From positions 4,512,001 to 4,576,000 of the forward strand of contig JBKAGP010000001.1 in assembly GCA_046290465.1 (NCBI GenBank): DNA of 64,000 nucleotides, in the 5' to 3' direction. This stretch comes from Planctomycetota bacterium. Its GTDB lineage: Bacteria; Planctomycetota; UBA1135; UBA2386. Position 1 is the stretch's first letter; each line of letters starts with the position of its first letter. The translations under genes were made by a program, and so were the position numbers. This document shows positions 48,968 through 58,319 of the stretch, in pieces. The notes under the pieces were generated by a model, which worked only from the letters and a program-made list of their open reading frames with translations, made no database searches and was not told the DNA's origin.

Positions 48968-49855
48968 TTGGCCGAGATCTCCACGACGACCACGATCGAC
49001 CCCGCCCTGCGCGACCCACAGCACTACCTGTCGCTGGCGCAGCGGCACTACGAGAACTTCCCGGTCGGCTCGTGGCTGCTGCCGAAGCCGGCGCGCCGCC
49101 ACCTGCACCGCATCTACGCGTTCGCGCGCACGGCGGACGACCTCGCCGACGAGCTGCAGGACCGGGCGGCCCTCGGGGCGTTCCGCGACGAGTTCCTGCG
49201 GCACGAGGAGCCGACGGTCACCGACGTGCCGCTGTTCACCGAGCTGTGGGCATCGATCCGGGCGTGCCGCCTAGAACGGTCCTTGTTCACCGACCTGCTC
49301 GACGCGTTCGACCAGGACTGCCACCAGACCCGCTACTCGCGCCCGCAGCTGCTCGACTACTGCCGGCGTTCGGCGGATCCGGTCGGCCGGCTGGTGCTGC
49401 GCGTCTGCGGCTACCACGACGAACGGTTCGACGCCTGGTCGGACCACATCTGCACCGGCCTGCAGCTCGTCAACCACCTGCAGGACCTACGCGAGGACCT
49501 GCTGCAGCGCGACCGCGTCTACTTCCCGGTCGAGGAGCTCGAGGCGGCCGGCGCGTCGGTCGACGACCTGCGGGCCGAGCGCGCCAGCCCGGCGGTGCGG
49601 CGGTTCGTGCTCGACCAGGCCCAACGGGTCGGCGCCGGGTTCGCCGCCGGCTGGCCGTTGATCGGTGCCGTACGCGGCCGGCTGCGGCTCGAGCTGCGCG
49701 CGATCCTGCGCGGCGCTGCGGCCGTGCTGGCGCGGATCCGGGCGGTCGACGGCGACGTGCTCGGCGGCAACGTGCACCTCGGCAAGCTCGCGCGGGTGCG
49801 CACGGTGTTCGCCGGTCTGCTGCTGCCGACCGAGCCGCGATGGGGGACGCGATGA
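48968..49855 (+). CDS. hpnC: Squalene synthase HpnC
   Basis: HYENFPVGSWLLP, YAFARTADDLADE, LLDAFDQD, YCRRSADPVGRLVL, QLVNHLQD. Confidence 0.92.
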   Translation: MAEISTTTTIDPALRDPQHYLSLAQRHYENFPVGSWLLPKPARRHLHRIYAFARTADDLADELQDRAALGAFRDEFLRHEEPTVTDVPLFTELWASIRACRLERSLFTDLLDAFDQDCHQTRYSRPQLLDYCRRSADPVGRLVLRVCGYHDERFDAWSDHICTGLQLVNHLQDLREDLLQRDRVYFPVEELEAAGASVDDLRAERASPAVRRFVLDQAQRVGAGFAAGWPLIGAVRGRLRLELRAILRGAAAVLARIRAVDGDVLGGNVHLGKLARVRTVFAGLLLPTEPRWGTR

Positions 49856-50745
49856 GCCAGGTTGCCTCGCCGCGTCCGCCCGATGCCGACCTCGACCCGC
49901 AGGCGATCACGTCGCGGTCGGGTTCGAACTTCCTGGCCGGGTTCGTCGCTCTGGACGCCGAACGGCGTGAGGCGATGACCGTCGTCTACGCGTTCTGTCG
50001 CGTGGTCGACGATGCCGTCGACGACGCTCCCGACGTCGACACCGGCCGCGCCTGGCTGACGTTCTGGGGCGACCAGCTCGAGGCGGCGGCCGAGCGGCGC
50101 GCCAACGTCCCGGTCGGCGAGGCACTGCAGGCGTCGATGCAGCGGTTCGGGATCCCGGTGCAGGCGCTGCGCGAGCTGGTTGCCGGCTGCGCGATGGACC
50201 TCGAGCCGGACGGCCCGAAGGACGAACAGGAGCTCGAACTCTACTGCTACCGCGTCGCGGCGGCGGTCGGGCTGGCGTGCCTGCCGGTGCTCGGCGCCGA
50301 CAGCGAGGGTGGCCGGCGCTACGCCGTCGAGCTCGGCCACGCGCTGCAGCTGACCAACGTGCTGCGCGACCTGCGCAGCGACGCCGAGGTCGGCAGGGTC
50401 TACGTGCCGCGGACCTGGCTCGACGAGTTCGGGATCGACCGCGAGGTCCTGCTCGGCAACGCCGACGCGGCCCACTACGCACCAGGTGGCGGCGTCGCGC
50501 GGCTGTGCGAACGGCTGGCTCGTCGCGCGCACCAGCGCTTCGACGCGGCCCGGCAGGAGCTGCGGCGGCTGCCGCGTGCCGAGCGACGCGGGCTGGTGGC
50601 CGCGCGCATCATGGGCGCCGTCTACGGCGACCTGCTGCGGCGGCTCGACCGCCGCGCCGGCGACATCGTGGTGCCGCGCGTGCGCGTGCCGAAGTGGCGC
50701 AAGCTGTGGCTGGCGCTGGCGGTCTGGGCGGGGTTGCGGGCGTGA
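49852..50745 (+). CDS. hpnD: Presqualene diphosphate synthase HpnD
   Basis: SGSNF, YAFCRVVDDAVD, YCYRVA, LQLTNVLRD, GRVYVP; ATGA-coupled. Confidence 0.9.
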   Translation: MSQVASPRPPDADLDPQAITSRSGSNFLAGFVALDAERREAMTVVYAFCRVVDDAVDDAPDVDTGRAWLTFWGDQLEAAAERRANVPVGEALQASMQRFGIPVQALRELVAGCAMDLEPDGPKDEQELELYCYRVAAAVGLACLPVLGADSEGGRRYAVELGHALQLTNVLRDLRSDAEVGRVYVPRTWLDEFGIDREVLLGNADAAHYAPGGGVARLCERLARRAHQRFDAARQELRRLPRAERRGLVAARIMGAVYGDLLRRLDRRAGDIVVPRVRVPKWRKLWLALAVWAGLRA

Positions 50746-52061
50746 GCGGATCGCGGCGCGCCTACGTGCTCGGCGGCGGCGTCGCCGGGCTGGCCGCGGC
50801 GTTCGGCCTGTGCGACCGGGGCTTCGAGGTGACGCTGCTCGAGTCGCGGCGGCACTGCGGCGGCCGCGCGTTCGCGAGCGAGGACCGCGTCTTCGGCCGC
50901 CGCCTCGACAACGGCTTCCACGTCATGCTCGGCTGCTACCGTGCGATGCGCGCGCTGTGCCGGCGGCTCGGCACTGAGCAGGGCTTCCAGCAGGACCGCA
51001 GCCTGTCGATGTGCTACCGGTTCCGCACGCGCACGACGACCAGGCTGTCGCTGTCGCGGCTGCCGGTGCCGCTGTCGATGCCGTGGAGCCTGATGGGGCT
51101 CGGCATCGGCTTCGGTGCGCGGCTGCGCGCATTGCTCGGCATGGGCACGGTGCTGCTGGGCGCGCCGCGCAGCTGGACGTTTGCGGACTGGCTGCGGCGC
51201 CGCTGGCAGTCGGGCCAGCCCGACGACGTGATGTGGCGGCCGCTGTGCCGGGCGGTGATGAACTGCGAGCCGGAGCAGGCGAGCGCGTCGGAGTTCCTGG
51301 CGACGCTGCGCGAGGCGTTCCTCGGCCGCGCCGGCTCGGCCGCGTTCTGGGTGCCCAAGCGCACCTGGGGCGAACTGCTCGGCGATCCGGCGCCGGCGGC
51401 GCTGGCGGCGGCCGGCGCGACGCTGCGCACCGGTGCCAGGGTCGCGTCGCTGGATCGGCATGATGGCCGCGTCACCGCGGTCGTGCTGGCCGACGGCGAA
51501 CGGCTCGAACTCGACCCGGCCGCGGGCGACGTGGTGGTCTCGGCGATGCCGTGGTTCGCGCTCGGCCGCGTGCTCGGCGACGCCGCGCCGGTGCCGTTCG
51601 CGCAGCTGGACAGCGCGCCGATCGTCACCGCCTACTTCGACGTCGACGACGGCACGCCGCCGCCCGACGAAGGGCCGGTGGTCGCGCTGGTCGGCGCACA
51701 GCCGTTCCACTTCGTGCTGCGAACGCCCGGCGATCCGGTCGGCAGGTTCGCGGTGCTGTCGGGCGGCGACCGCAGCTTCGACGGCATGCCGGTCGACGAG
51801 ATCGTCGCGGTGGCGAAGCGGCAGGCGGCCGACTACTACGACGGCGTCGACCTCGCGCGTGCGACGGTGCGGATCCGCAAGGAGCAGCTCGCGACGTTCG
51901 TGCCCGGACCCGGGTCGTCGGCGCTGCGGCCGGCACCGGGGCCGTTGCCGGGTGGGCCGGCCAACCTCTACGTCTGTGGCGACTGGACCGCGACCGGGTT
52001 TCCCGCGACCCTCGAGGGTGCGGCGCGTTCGAGCGAACGCATGCTCGCGACGATCAGCTGA
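50742..52061 (+). CDS. hpnE: Hydroxysqualene dehydroxylase HpnE
   Basis: GGGVAGLAAA, GGRAFA, DNGFHVMLGCY, GDWTATGFPATLEGAARS; GTGA-coupled. Confidence 0.9.
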   Translation: MSGSRRAYVLGGGVAGLAAAFGLCDRGFEVTLLESRRHCGGRAFASEDRVFGRRLDNGFHVMLGCYRAMRALCRRLGTEQGFQQDRSLSMCYRFRTRTTTRLSLSRLPVPLSMPWSLMGLGIGFGARLRALLGMGTVLLGAPRSWTFADWLRRRWQSGQPDDVMWRPLCRAVMNCEPEQASASEFLATLREAFLGRAGSAAFWVPKRTWGELLGDPAPAALAAAGATLRTGARVASLDRHDGRVTAVVLADGERLELDPAAGDVVVSAMPWFALGRVLGDAAPVPFAQLDSAPIVTAYFDVDDGTPPPDEGPVVALVGAQPFHFVLRTPGDPVGRFAVLSGGDRSFDGMPVDEIVAVAKRQAADYYDGVDLARATVRIRKEQLATFVPGPGSSALRPAPGPLPGGPANLYVCGDWTATGFPATLEGAARSSERMLATIS

Positions 52062-52839
52062 GCGCTTCGTCGATGTGCCCGGCGATGCTGTCGAGCGCGG
52101 CGCGCAGGCGGCGGCGCTCGGCGTCGAGCTGCTTGACGATGGCGACCAGGTCGTCGATGTCGCGCACCGTCTCGATCTGCCTGGCGAACTGTTCGGCGGA
52201 GGCGGCCTCGGCGCGCGGCAGGCCGGTGACGGTGGCCTTCTTGCGGTTCTTGCCCTGGCCGCGCGGCCGCACCGGCACCAACCCGAGCAGCGCCTTGGCG
52301 CGGCCATACATGATCGGCGCGATCTTGAGGCCCTTGTCGTCGGCGCGATTCTTGAGTTCGCCGTAGCTGATCGTCGGCTGCGCGCGCAGCTCTTCGACCA
52401 GGAACTCGAACGCGGGCGTGCTCGGTCGCGATAGGCCGGGGCCCGGCTTCGGGGTCGTCTTGGAGGCGGGCGTTGCCGGCTGCGTCGGCTGGGTGGTGGC
52501 CGGAGCGGCAGGCAGACTGGTGGGAGCTTCGGCGACCGCGTCGGCGGCGAGTTCGACCTGCTCCGGCTCGACCTGAGCCTTGGGGGCCTGAATCTCGGGG
52601 GCCTCAATCTCGGGGGCCTCAATCTCGGGGGCCTCAATCTCGGGGGCCTGAACCTTGGCTGGCGTCGCCGCCACGCCGGTGAGTCCGAGCTGCCGACGCG
52701 CGCGACCGAACTGGATCGGGAGCACCGTGACGCCGGCCTGCTCGCCGGCGCTACGCATCGCCTCGTAGTCGAGTTCGGGGTTCTGGCGCAGGCGTTCGAG
52801 CGCGAACGCCTCGCCGGACAAGCGTGGGGTCTGGGACAT
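52054..52839 (-). CDS. Hypothetical protein with a duplicated small helical domain and a Pro/Ala/Glu linker
   Basis: AFALERLRQNP...PIQFGRARRQLGL and AFEFLVEELRAQP...PIMYGRAKALLGL; C-terminal coiled coil. Confidence 0.75.
   Translation of the reverse strand: MSQTPRLSGEAFALERLRQNPELDYEAMRSAGEQAGVTVLPIQFGRARRQLGLTGVAATPAKVQAPEIEAPEIEAPEIEAPEIQAPKAQVEPEQVELAADAVAEAPTSLPAAPATTQPTQPATPASKTTPKPGPGLSRPSTPAFEFLVEELRAQPTISYGELKNRADDKGLKIAPIMYGRAKALLGLVPVRPRGQGKNRKKATVTGLPRAEAASAEQFARQIETVRDIDDLVAIVKQLDAERRRLRAALDSIAGHIDEALS
52582..52652. repeat. 15-nt tandem repeat (about 4.7 copies) encoding EIEAP/EIQAP
   Basis: (GGGGGCCTSAATCTC)n visible directly. Confidence 0.9.
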
Positions 52840-52967
52840 CGTCGATCAGCGAGGGGAGCGAAGTACCAAACGGGTTGGGCGCGCTCCGCGCAAGGTGATT
52901 CGAACCCGGGTTTCGCGTCGCCGCGACGGATGGCACCCGAATGACGGAGTCCTTACGCGAACTTCAT

Positions 52968-52995
52968 CCGCCGACGTCCGTTGGGACGTCGGCGG
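52968..52995 (-). terminator. 12-bp stem hairpin after the giant lipoprotein gene
   Basis: CCGCCGACGTCC-gttg-GGACGTCGGCGG; no U-tract. Confidence 0.5.
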
Positions 52996-53005
52996 CACGG
53001 TCCGG

Positions 53006-56000
53006 TCAGCGACGTTCGAACCGGTACGACAGCGCAAACGTCTCGATCGACGGGTCGACCGGGATCTCCGCCTCCGAGTTGTTGCGGATCAGAAAGCGCC
53101 AGTTGAGGTAGCGCACGTCCTGCGGCACGAACGGCTCGGTCGAGTTGACGACGGCCTGCAGGTAGGCCGGGTCCATCAGTTCGTTGGCGTCCTCGACGTA
53201 GCCGGTGACGTTGCGGTTGTAGAGATACGTCCACCAGTCGCGCGACGCGCCGCTGCTCGGCTCGGGACGCGTGTCCCACTTGCGCAGGTGGGCGTCGCCG
53301 GCCTTGTACGGATCGAGCGGGAAGTTGTTCGCGTCCGGCCGCAGCTGCGCGCGCTGCGCGGTGGTGATGCTCGGGTTGGCGTTGTTGGGCGTCGGCCACA
53401 GCCGGTTGGGCGTGTCGATCCAGCGTTGCCAGTACCACGGCGTCGCATCGACCTCACCGGCAGCTCGGAACTGCGGCACCACCGAGGTGCCGGCCGGCAG
53501 CCGCGACAGCGGCGGGTCGAACGACCACGCGAACTCCGGCACCGTGTCGGCCGGTGTGTTGACGTTGCCACCCTGCAAGAAGAACGGACCGAGCCGCGGG
53601 TCGTCGAAGTCCTCGGGCACCCGGTGTGGGTTGTTGAGGTCGATGAAGCCGTTGGTGACGACGGTGCGGCGGCGCAGCACGTCCATCATGATCCAGTAGA
53701 ACGTGTTGTCGCCCTTGATGTCAGGCCCGGCCGGCTGCGACGGCGGCGGCGGCGGCGTGACCGTCCACGGCGCGCCGTTGGGTTGGAACGCCCAGCCGCC
53801 CGAGGCGACCTCCCAGCCCGGGTTGTTGGGGCCCATCGCCAGCTCGCCCTGTGGCGCCGCCGACGATCGCCCGGCGCTGAACACGCGGAAGCGCGGGCGC
53901 GGGTCGGACTGCAGCGTGATGCTGACCTGCCAACCGTTGATGCCGGTCGCGAAGAACGGCTGGCCGACCGGCAGCTCGGTCGAGTCGTAGAAGATCTGGA
54001 AGTCGGCCAGCAGCGGCATCGAGATGCTGCCGCACAGGCCGCCGGTGAAGCGGTCGCGCACGTTGTTGTTGGCGAGCTGCCAGTTGCGCGCGTCGTTCCA
54101 GAACGAGCGGACCAGGGTCGGGCCGTTGGCGCCGTCGACGACGCCCATCGCCTGCCCCATGCGGAACGGGGTCAGGATGTACGGCGCGTAGGTCTGGCCG
54201 ATCGCGTTGCTCGGGTTGGTGGTGACGTCGCTGCCCGAGTCGCTGTCGCCGCCCTGCTCGAGCACGGTCTCGTCACGCCAGACGAAGTACGGCTCCTCGA
54301 ACTCGGGCAGCGACAGGAACTGCGAGCCGCCGTTGGCGGCGAACACCAGCGCCGACGGGTTGATGCGCATGTTCTTGTCGGCGTAGGCCGTCGTGATCGG
54401 CGCGAACGACTCGACCGCCTGGCCGCTGCCCTGGGGCACCTGGTTGCGCAGCCAGTTGAGCTGGTAGGTGCCGCGCAGCCCCGACTCGTGCAGCGACGGC
54501 AGCGAGCTGAAGTCGCCGACGCACGGCGACGGGCGGTACTCCGAGTGGCCGAGGCGCAGCGACGTGCGGTCGAACTCGTCGAAGAACAGCGGGTCGCCGT
54601 CGAACGGCGCCCAGTACATCTGCTCGATGTCGAGGTTGAAGTCGAACGGGTTGTCGCGCGACAGGCTCAGGTCGACCTCGCGCCAGCACGTCTGCATGCG
54701 GCAGCCGGTCGGGTTGAGCGGCGTCTGGATCGGCTGGCCGAACGGTTGCGTCGCGGTGTTGGCCGCCTGCTGGTTGTCGGTCAGTTCGGCGAACGGGCCG
54801 GGATCGAACACCGTCTGCGGGCACCAGGCCAGCGGATCGATCGGCGGCAGCGCGTTGGGAGGGCCGCCGGGCGAGCGGATCGCCGGCGCCTGGTTGAAGC
54901 TGTCGGCGACGGTGCGCGTGCGGGTCGTCGGCCGGCCCTGCAGGCGGCCGTCCAGATACAAGAACGCGCCGAACAGGTCCTCGAGGGTCTGCGTCGCGAC
55001 GTCCTGCGGACCGCCGGGCGCGCGCACCTCGCTGCCGAGGAACATGCTCGGCCGTTCGTCCTCGTCGCGATCGCGGAAGCGGCGCACGATCGAGATCGCC
55101 AGGTTGTCCTCGAACACGGGGTTGCCGTTGACCTTGCGGGTGTCGACGGTGAAGTCCATCACGACCTGGTTGCTGCGCTGCGCGGTCGTGCCCTGCAGGT
55201 CGAGCCGGTTGCCGGCGAGGTCCTGCACGCCGCCGTCCTGCGAGTCGGAGATGACGTGCAGGAAGTACCGGTACTGTTCGGGGTCGGCCGCGTTGCGCAT
55301 GGTCTCGTCGAGGTAGAAGCCCGCGGTCGGCTGCAGCTGCAGCGTCGTCTGCGAGCCGTCGACGTCGACGATGCGCGAGGTGATCAGGAACGGCGTGCGG
55401 TACTTGGCCTCGTTGAACGTCGCCGGATCCATGCCGGTGCCGCCGAGGTTGTTCGGCCGGCTCTCGATGAACTGCTGCCGCGCCTCGGCGCTGGTCAGGT
55501 CGCGCATCGCGAAGAAGAACGTGTCGGCCCACTTGACCGAGTCGAGGTCGACCGGCTTGTTGAAGCGCACCACCGCGCCGGCGAACGGCGACACGAACTG
55601 GTTGGCCGCCGGCGTGAAGCCGCCGATGCTCAGCGGCTGCGGCGTGAACGTCAGGAAGTTGACCGGGTCGTCGCGGCCGTTCTCGTCGCCGGCGGTGAAC
55701 TCGCAGGCGAGCAGCGCGCGCGGCGCGTTCTGCACCAGCCACGGCTCGCGGTCCTGCAGGAGCTGCGGGTAGCCGGGGAGGTTGCGCGGGTCGATCTCGG
55801 CGAGGCCGGGCACGCGGCGGATGCGGACCCGCACGTGCTGCTCCTCCGGATCGCCGAGGTCGTCGGCCGGGTCGACCAGCACCTCGCCGTCCTCGAGCGG
55901 CACCGACGCGCTGTTGGCCAGGAACGAGAACACGTCGCCGCGGTCGATCTCGTGGGTGATGCCGTTCTTGAAGATCGTGATCTCCTGGATCGACGCGCTG

Positions 56001-57010
56001 ATGCTGTCGACGCGTTCGAGGTAGAACGGGATCGAACCGACCATGCGCAGCGGCAGCGTGTCGCGCACGAACCCGTTGGCGAGCTCGGACGAGACGTCGC
56101 CGTCGTTGCCCGAACGGAAGTCCCGCACGATCGCCTGGCGGCCGCTGTTGTTGTTGCCGGTGATGCCGACCACGTCGCTCTCGCGCAGGCCCGGGATCGC
56201 CAGCGGACCGTCGAGCGCCACCGCGATGCGGATGTTGGCGCCGAACGGATCGGGCGACGCGGGCATGCCGGACGCGTTGTTGGAGGTCTGGTACTGCACG
56301 CCCTCGTTGCCGAGCAGCACCGGGTCGATCACGATCTCCCGCGCGCGCGGGATGATGCGGATCGGCAGCGGCACGAACGCGCCCTCCTGCTCGGGATCGC
56401 CGACGATGCGCAGCAGCTGCACCGCCTCGGTGTTGACCAGCGACGTCACGAAGCCCTCTTCGGTCCTGGTCACGAAGAACCGGTCGTCGATCTCGAGGTC
56501 GGCGCTCCAGGTCAGCCGCAGCGCCGCGTTGCGCGGCACCACCGAGAACGGCAGCTGCTCACTGCCCTCTCCGTAGCGCATCGGACTGACCGAACGCAGT
56601 TCGTCGTCGAGCGCGTCGAACGCGGTCGCGAACGCCTGGGTGCCGATGCGACGCGTGATCAGCAGGCGCGGCTGCAGCGTCGCCGGGTCGGTGCTGATGA
56701 AGTCGTAGGTGATCTCGGCGTCGCTGACGTTGCTGGTGCCGGTGCGCTGGTCGCTGATGTCCGAACCGATCACGACGTCGGCTTCGAACAGCTCGAAGGT
56801 CGTGCCGTCGGGACCGTCGACGAGGCCGTAGACGTCGACCAGGCGGCCGTACTGCACGTCGAGGAGCTCTGGCGAGACGGTCGTTCCGGGCGGTGCGTCC
56901 GGCGGTATGCCGTTGTCGTTCGAGCAGGAAGAGAACGCCAGGAACGCGGCGGCGCACAGCGATGCGAACGCGCGGGTCCGTGGCTCCTTGGGGAGGCTTG
57001 GTGCGGTCAT
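53006..57010 (-). CDS. Giant (1334 aa) lipoprotein of unknown function with an Ig-like (Big_5-like) segment
   Basis: Lipobox-like FSSC; VSPFAGAVVRFNKPVD...GVQDLAGNRL; very strong GC3 bias. Confidence 0.8.
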   Translation of the reverse strand: MTAPSLPKEPRTRAFASLCAAAFLAFSSCSNDNGIPPDAPPGTTVSPELLDVQYGRLVDVYGLVDGPDGTTFELFEADVVIGSDISDQRTGTSNVSDAEITYDFISTDPATLQPRLLITRRIGTQAFATAFDALDDELRSVSPMRYGEGSEQLPFSVVPRNAALRLTWSADLEIDDRFFVTRTEEGFVTSLVNTEAVQLLRIVGDPEQEGAFVPLPIRIIPRAREIVIDPVLLGNEGVQYQTSNNASGMPASPDPFGANIRIAVALDGPLAIPGLRESDVVGITGNNNSGRQAIVRDFRSGNDGDVSSELANGFVRDTLPLRMVGSIPFYLERVDSISASIQEITIFKNGITHEIDRGDVFSFLANSASVPLEDGEVLVDPADDLGDPEEQHVRVRIRRVPGLAEIDPRNLPGYPQLLQDREPWLVQNAPRALLACEFTAGDENGRDDPVNFLTFTPQPLSIGGFTPAANQFVSPFAGAVVRFNKPVDLDSVKWADTFFFAMRDLTSAEARQQFIESRPNNLGGTGMDPATFNEAKYRTPFLITSRIVDVDGSQTTLQLQPTAGFYLDETMRNAADPEQYRYFLHVISDSQDGGVQDLAGNRLDLQGTTAQRSNQVVMDFTVDTRKVNGNPVFEDNLAISIVRRFRDRDEDERPSMFLGSEVRAPGGPQDVATQTLEDLFGAFLYLDGRLQGRPTTRTRTVADSFNQAPAIRSPGGPPNALPPIDPLAWCPQTVFDPGPFAELTDNQQAANTATQPFGQPIQTPLNPTGCRMQTCWREVDLSLSRDNPFDFNLDIEQMYWAPFDGDPLFFDEFDRTSLRLGHSEYRPSPCVGDFSSLPSLHESGLRGTYQLNWLRNQVPQGSGQAVESFAPITTAYADKNMRINPSALVFAANGGSQFLSLPEFEEPYFVWRDETVLEQGGDSDSGSDVTTNPSNAIGQTYAPYILTPFRMGQAMGVVDGANGPTLVRSFWNDARNWQLANNNVRDRFTGGLCGSISMPLLADFQIFYDSTELPVGQPFFATGINGWQVSITLQSDPRPRFRVFSAGRSSAAPQGELAMGPNNPGWEVASGGWAFQPNGAPWTVTPPPPPSQPAGPDIKGDNTFYWIMMDVLRRRTVVTNGFIDLNNPHRVPEDFDDPRLGPFFLQGGNVNTPADTVPEFAWSFDPPLSRLPAGTSVVPQFRAAGEVDATPWYWQRWIDTPNRLWPTPNNANPSITTAQRAQLRPDANNFPLDPYKAGDAHLRKWDTRPEPSSGASRDWWTYLYNRNVTGYVEDANELMDPAYLQAVVNSTEPFVPQDVRYLNWRFLIRNNSEAEIPVDPSIETFALSYRFERR

Positions 57011-57315
57011 TGGACTGGACCGTTCACTCGTGCGTCCGCGGCCATGCCCGAGGGCGACCGACGCGTGGTGCGCAAACACCGAGCTCGCGGTTGGAGGGGT
57101 TTCCCGACTCGTAGGGGTCCGAGCGGCGCCGCGACCCATTCAAACGATGTGCCGCGACATCTCCTTGCGGGGTGTACTCCCGCAAACCGGTCAGGTTGCA
57201 CCTGCAGGCATGGACGAACGCCGCGAACGCGCGTGCCGTGCGGTGCGGCATCGCGCAGCGGCTGCGCGTTTCGTCACCGAGCGGTGACTTGTCGCTAGCG
57301 CCGGACTAGAGGGTC

Positions 57316-58245
57316 CTAAGCGTTCTTGCCAAGAGCTGCTGTGAGTGCGGTATCGAGGTTTGCGTGAGCGAACTCGAAGCCTGCCTCCAGCAGCCGGTGA
57401 GGACGTGCCCGCTGGCTGCCGAGCAGCACGTCGGCGAGGTCGCCGAACAGCAGCCGCAGCGCGAACCGCGGCACCGGGAAGATCGTCGGGCGACCGAGCA
57501 CCTTGCCGAGCGTGCGCGTGTATTCGGCGTTGGTGACCGGCGTCGGCGCGACCGCGAGCACCGGGCCGCGCAGCTGCTCGTCGGTGAGCGCGCGCTGCAC
57601 GACGCGCACCAGGTCGTGCCGCGTGATCCAGCTCATCCAGTGCTTGCCGTCGCCGAGGCGTCCGCCGAGTCCGAGGCGGAACGGCGTCAGCATCTTGGCG
57701 AGCGCGCCGCCGGCCCGATCGAGCACGATGCCGATGCGCAGGTTGACGACGCGGGTGCCGTGTTCGGCGAGCGGCCTGGTGCCGGCCTCCCATGCCAGCG
57801 CCACGCGCGTCAAGAAGTCGTCGCTCGGGCCCGGTTCGCTGCGTTCGTCCAGTTGCTCGTCGCCGCGGTCGCCGTAGATCCCGGTGGCGCTGGCGCTGAC
57901 CAGGACCGCGGGCGGTTGCGGCAACGCGGCGAGCGTGCGGCAGAGCGCCTCGGTCGCTGGGCCGCGGCTCTCGTGGATGCGGCGACGGCGCGCCTCGGTC
58001 CAGCGGCCGCCGGCGACGTTCTCTCCGGCGAGGTGCACGACCGCCTCGACGGCGCCGAACGCCTCGACGTCGATCTCGCCGGTTGACGGGTCCCAGCTGG
58101 CGGTCTCGGTGCCGTCGTCGCGATCGCGCGCGGCCTGCGCCGACGACGGACGGGCCATACGAACGACCTCGTGGCCGTCGGCGAGCAGGGCCTCGACGAC
58201 GGCGGAGCCGACGAGGCCGGTCGAACCGGTGATCGCGATGCGCAT
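57316..58245 (-). CDS. TIGR01777-family NAD-dependent epimerase/oxidoreductase
   Basis: ITGSTGLVG, VHLAGENV, SASATGIYG, LRIGIVL, GLGGRLGDGKHWMSWI. Confidence 0.92.
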   Translation of the reverse strand: MRIAITGSTGLVGSAVVEALLADGHEVVRMARPSSAQAARDRDDGTETASWDPSTGEIDVEAFGAVEAVVHLAGENVAGGRWTEARRRRIHESRGPATEALCRTLAALPQPPAVLVSASATGIYGDRGDEQLDERSEPGPSDDFLTRVALAWEAGTRPLAEHGTRVVNLRIGIVLDRAGGALAKMLTPFRLGLGGRLGDGKHWMSWITRHDLVRVVQRALTDEQLRGPVLAVAPTPVTNAEYTRTLGKVLGRPTIFPVPRFALRLLFGDLADVLLGSQRARPHRLLEAGFEFAHANLDTALTAALGKNA

Positions 58246-58319
58246 GGGGTCGGGGCGTTCGTCCCGGGTGGCGGGGTGGATGCAACCCGGACCGGGCCAG
58301 AGACTATGATGCACGAACG

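Noticed and set aside
52895..57298. Very long antisense/alternative-frame ORFs (also 1221..3560, 6124..8829, 12364..15135, 40283..43621, 60011..62482)
   Set aside because: Arg/Ala/Gly-rich shadow frames expected in high-GC DNA, overlapping motif-bearing genes.
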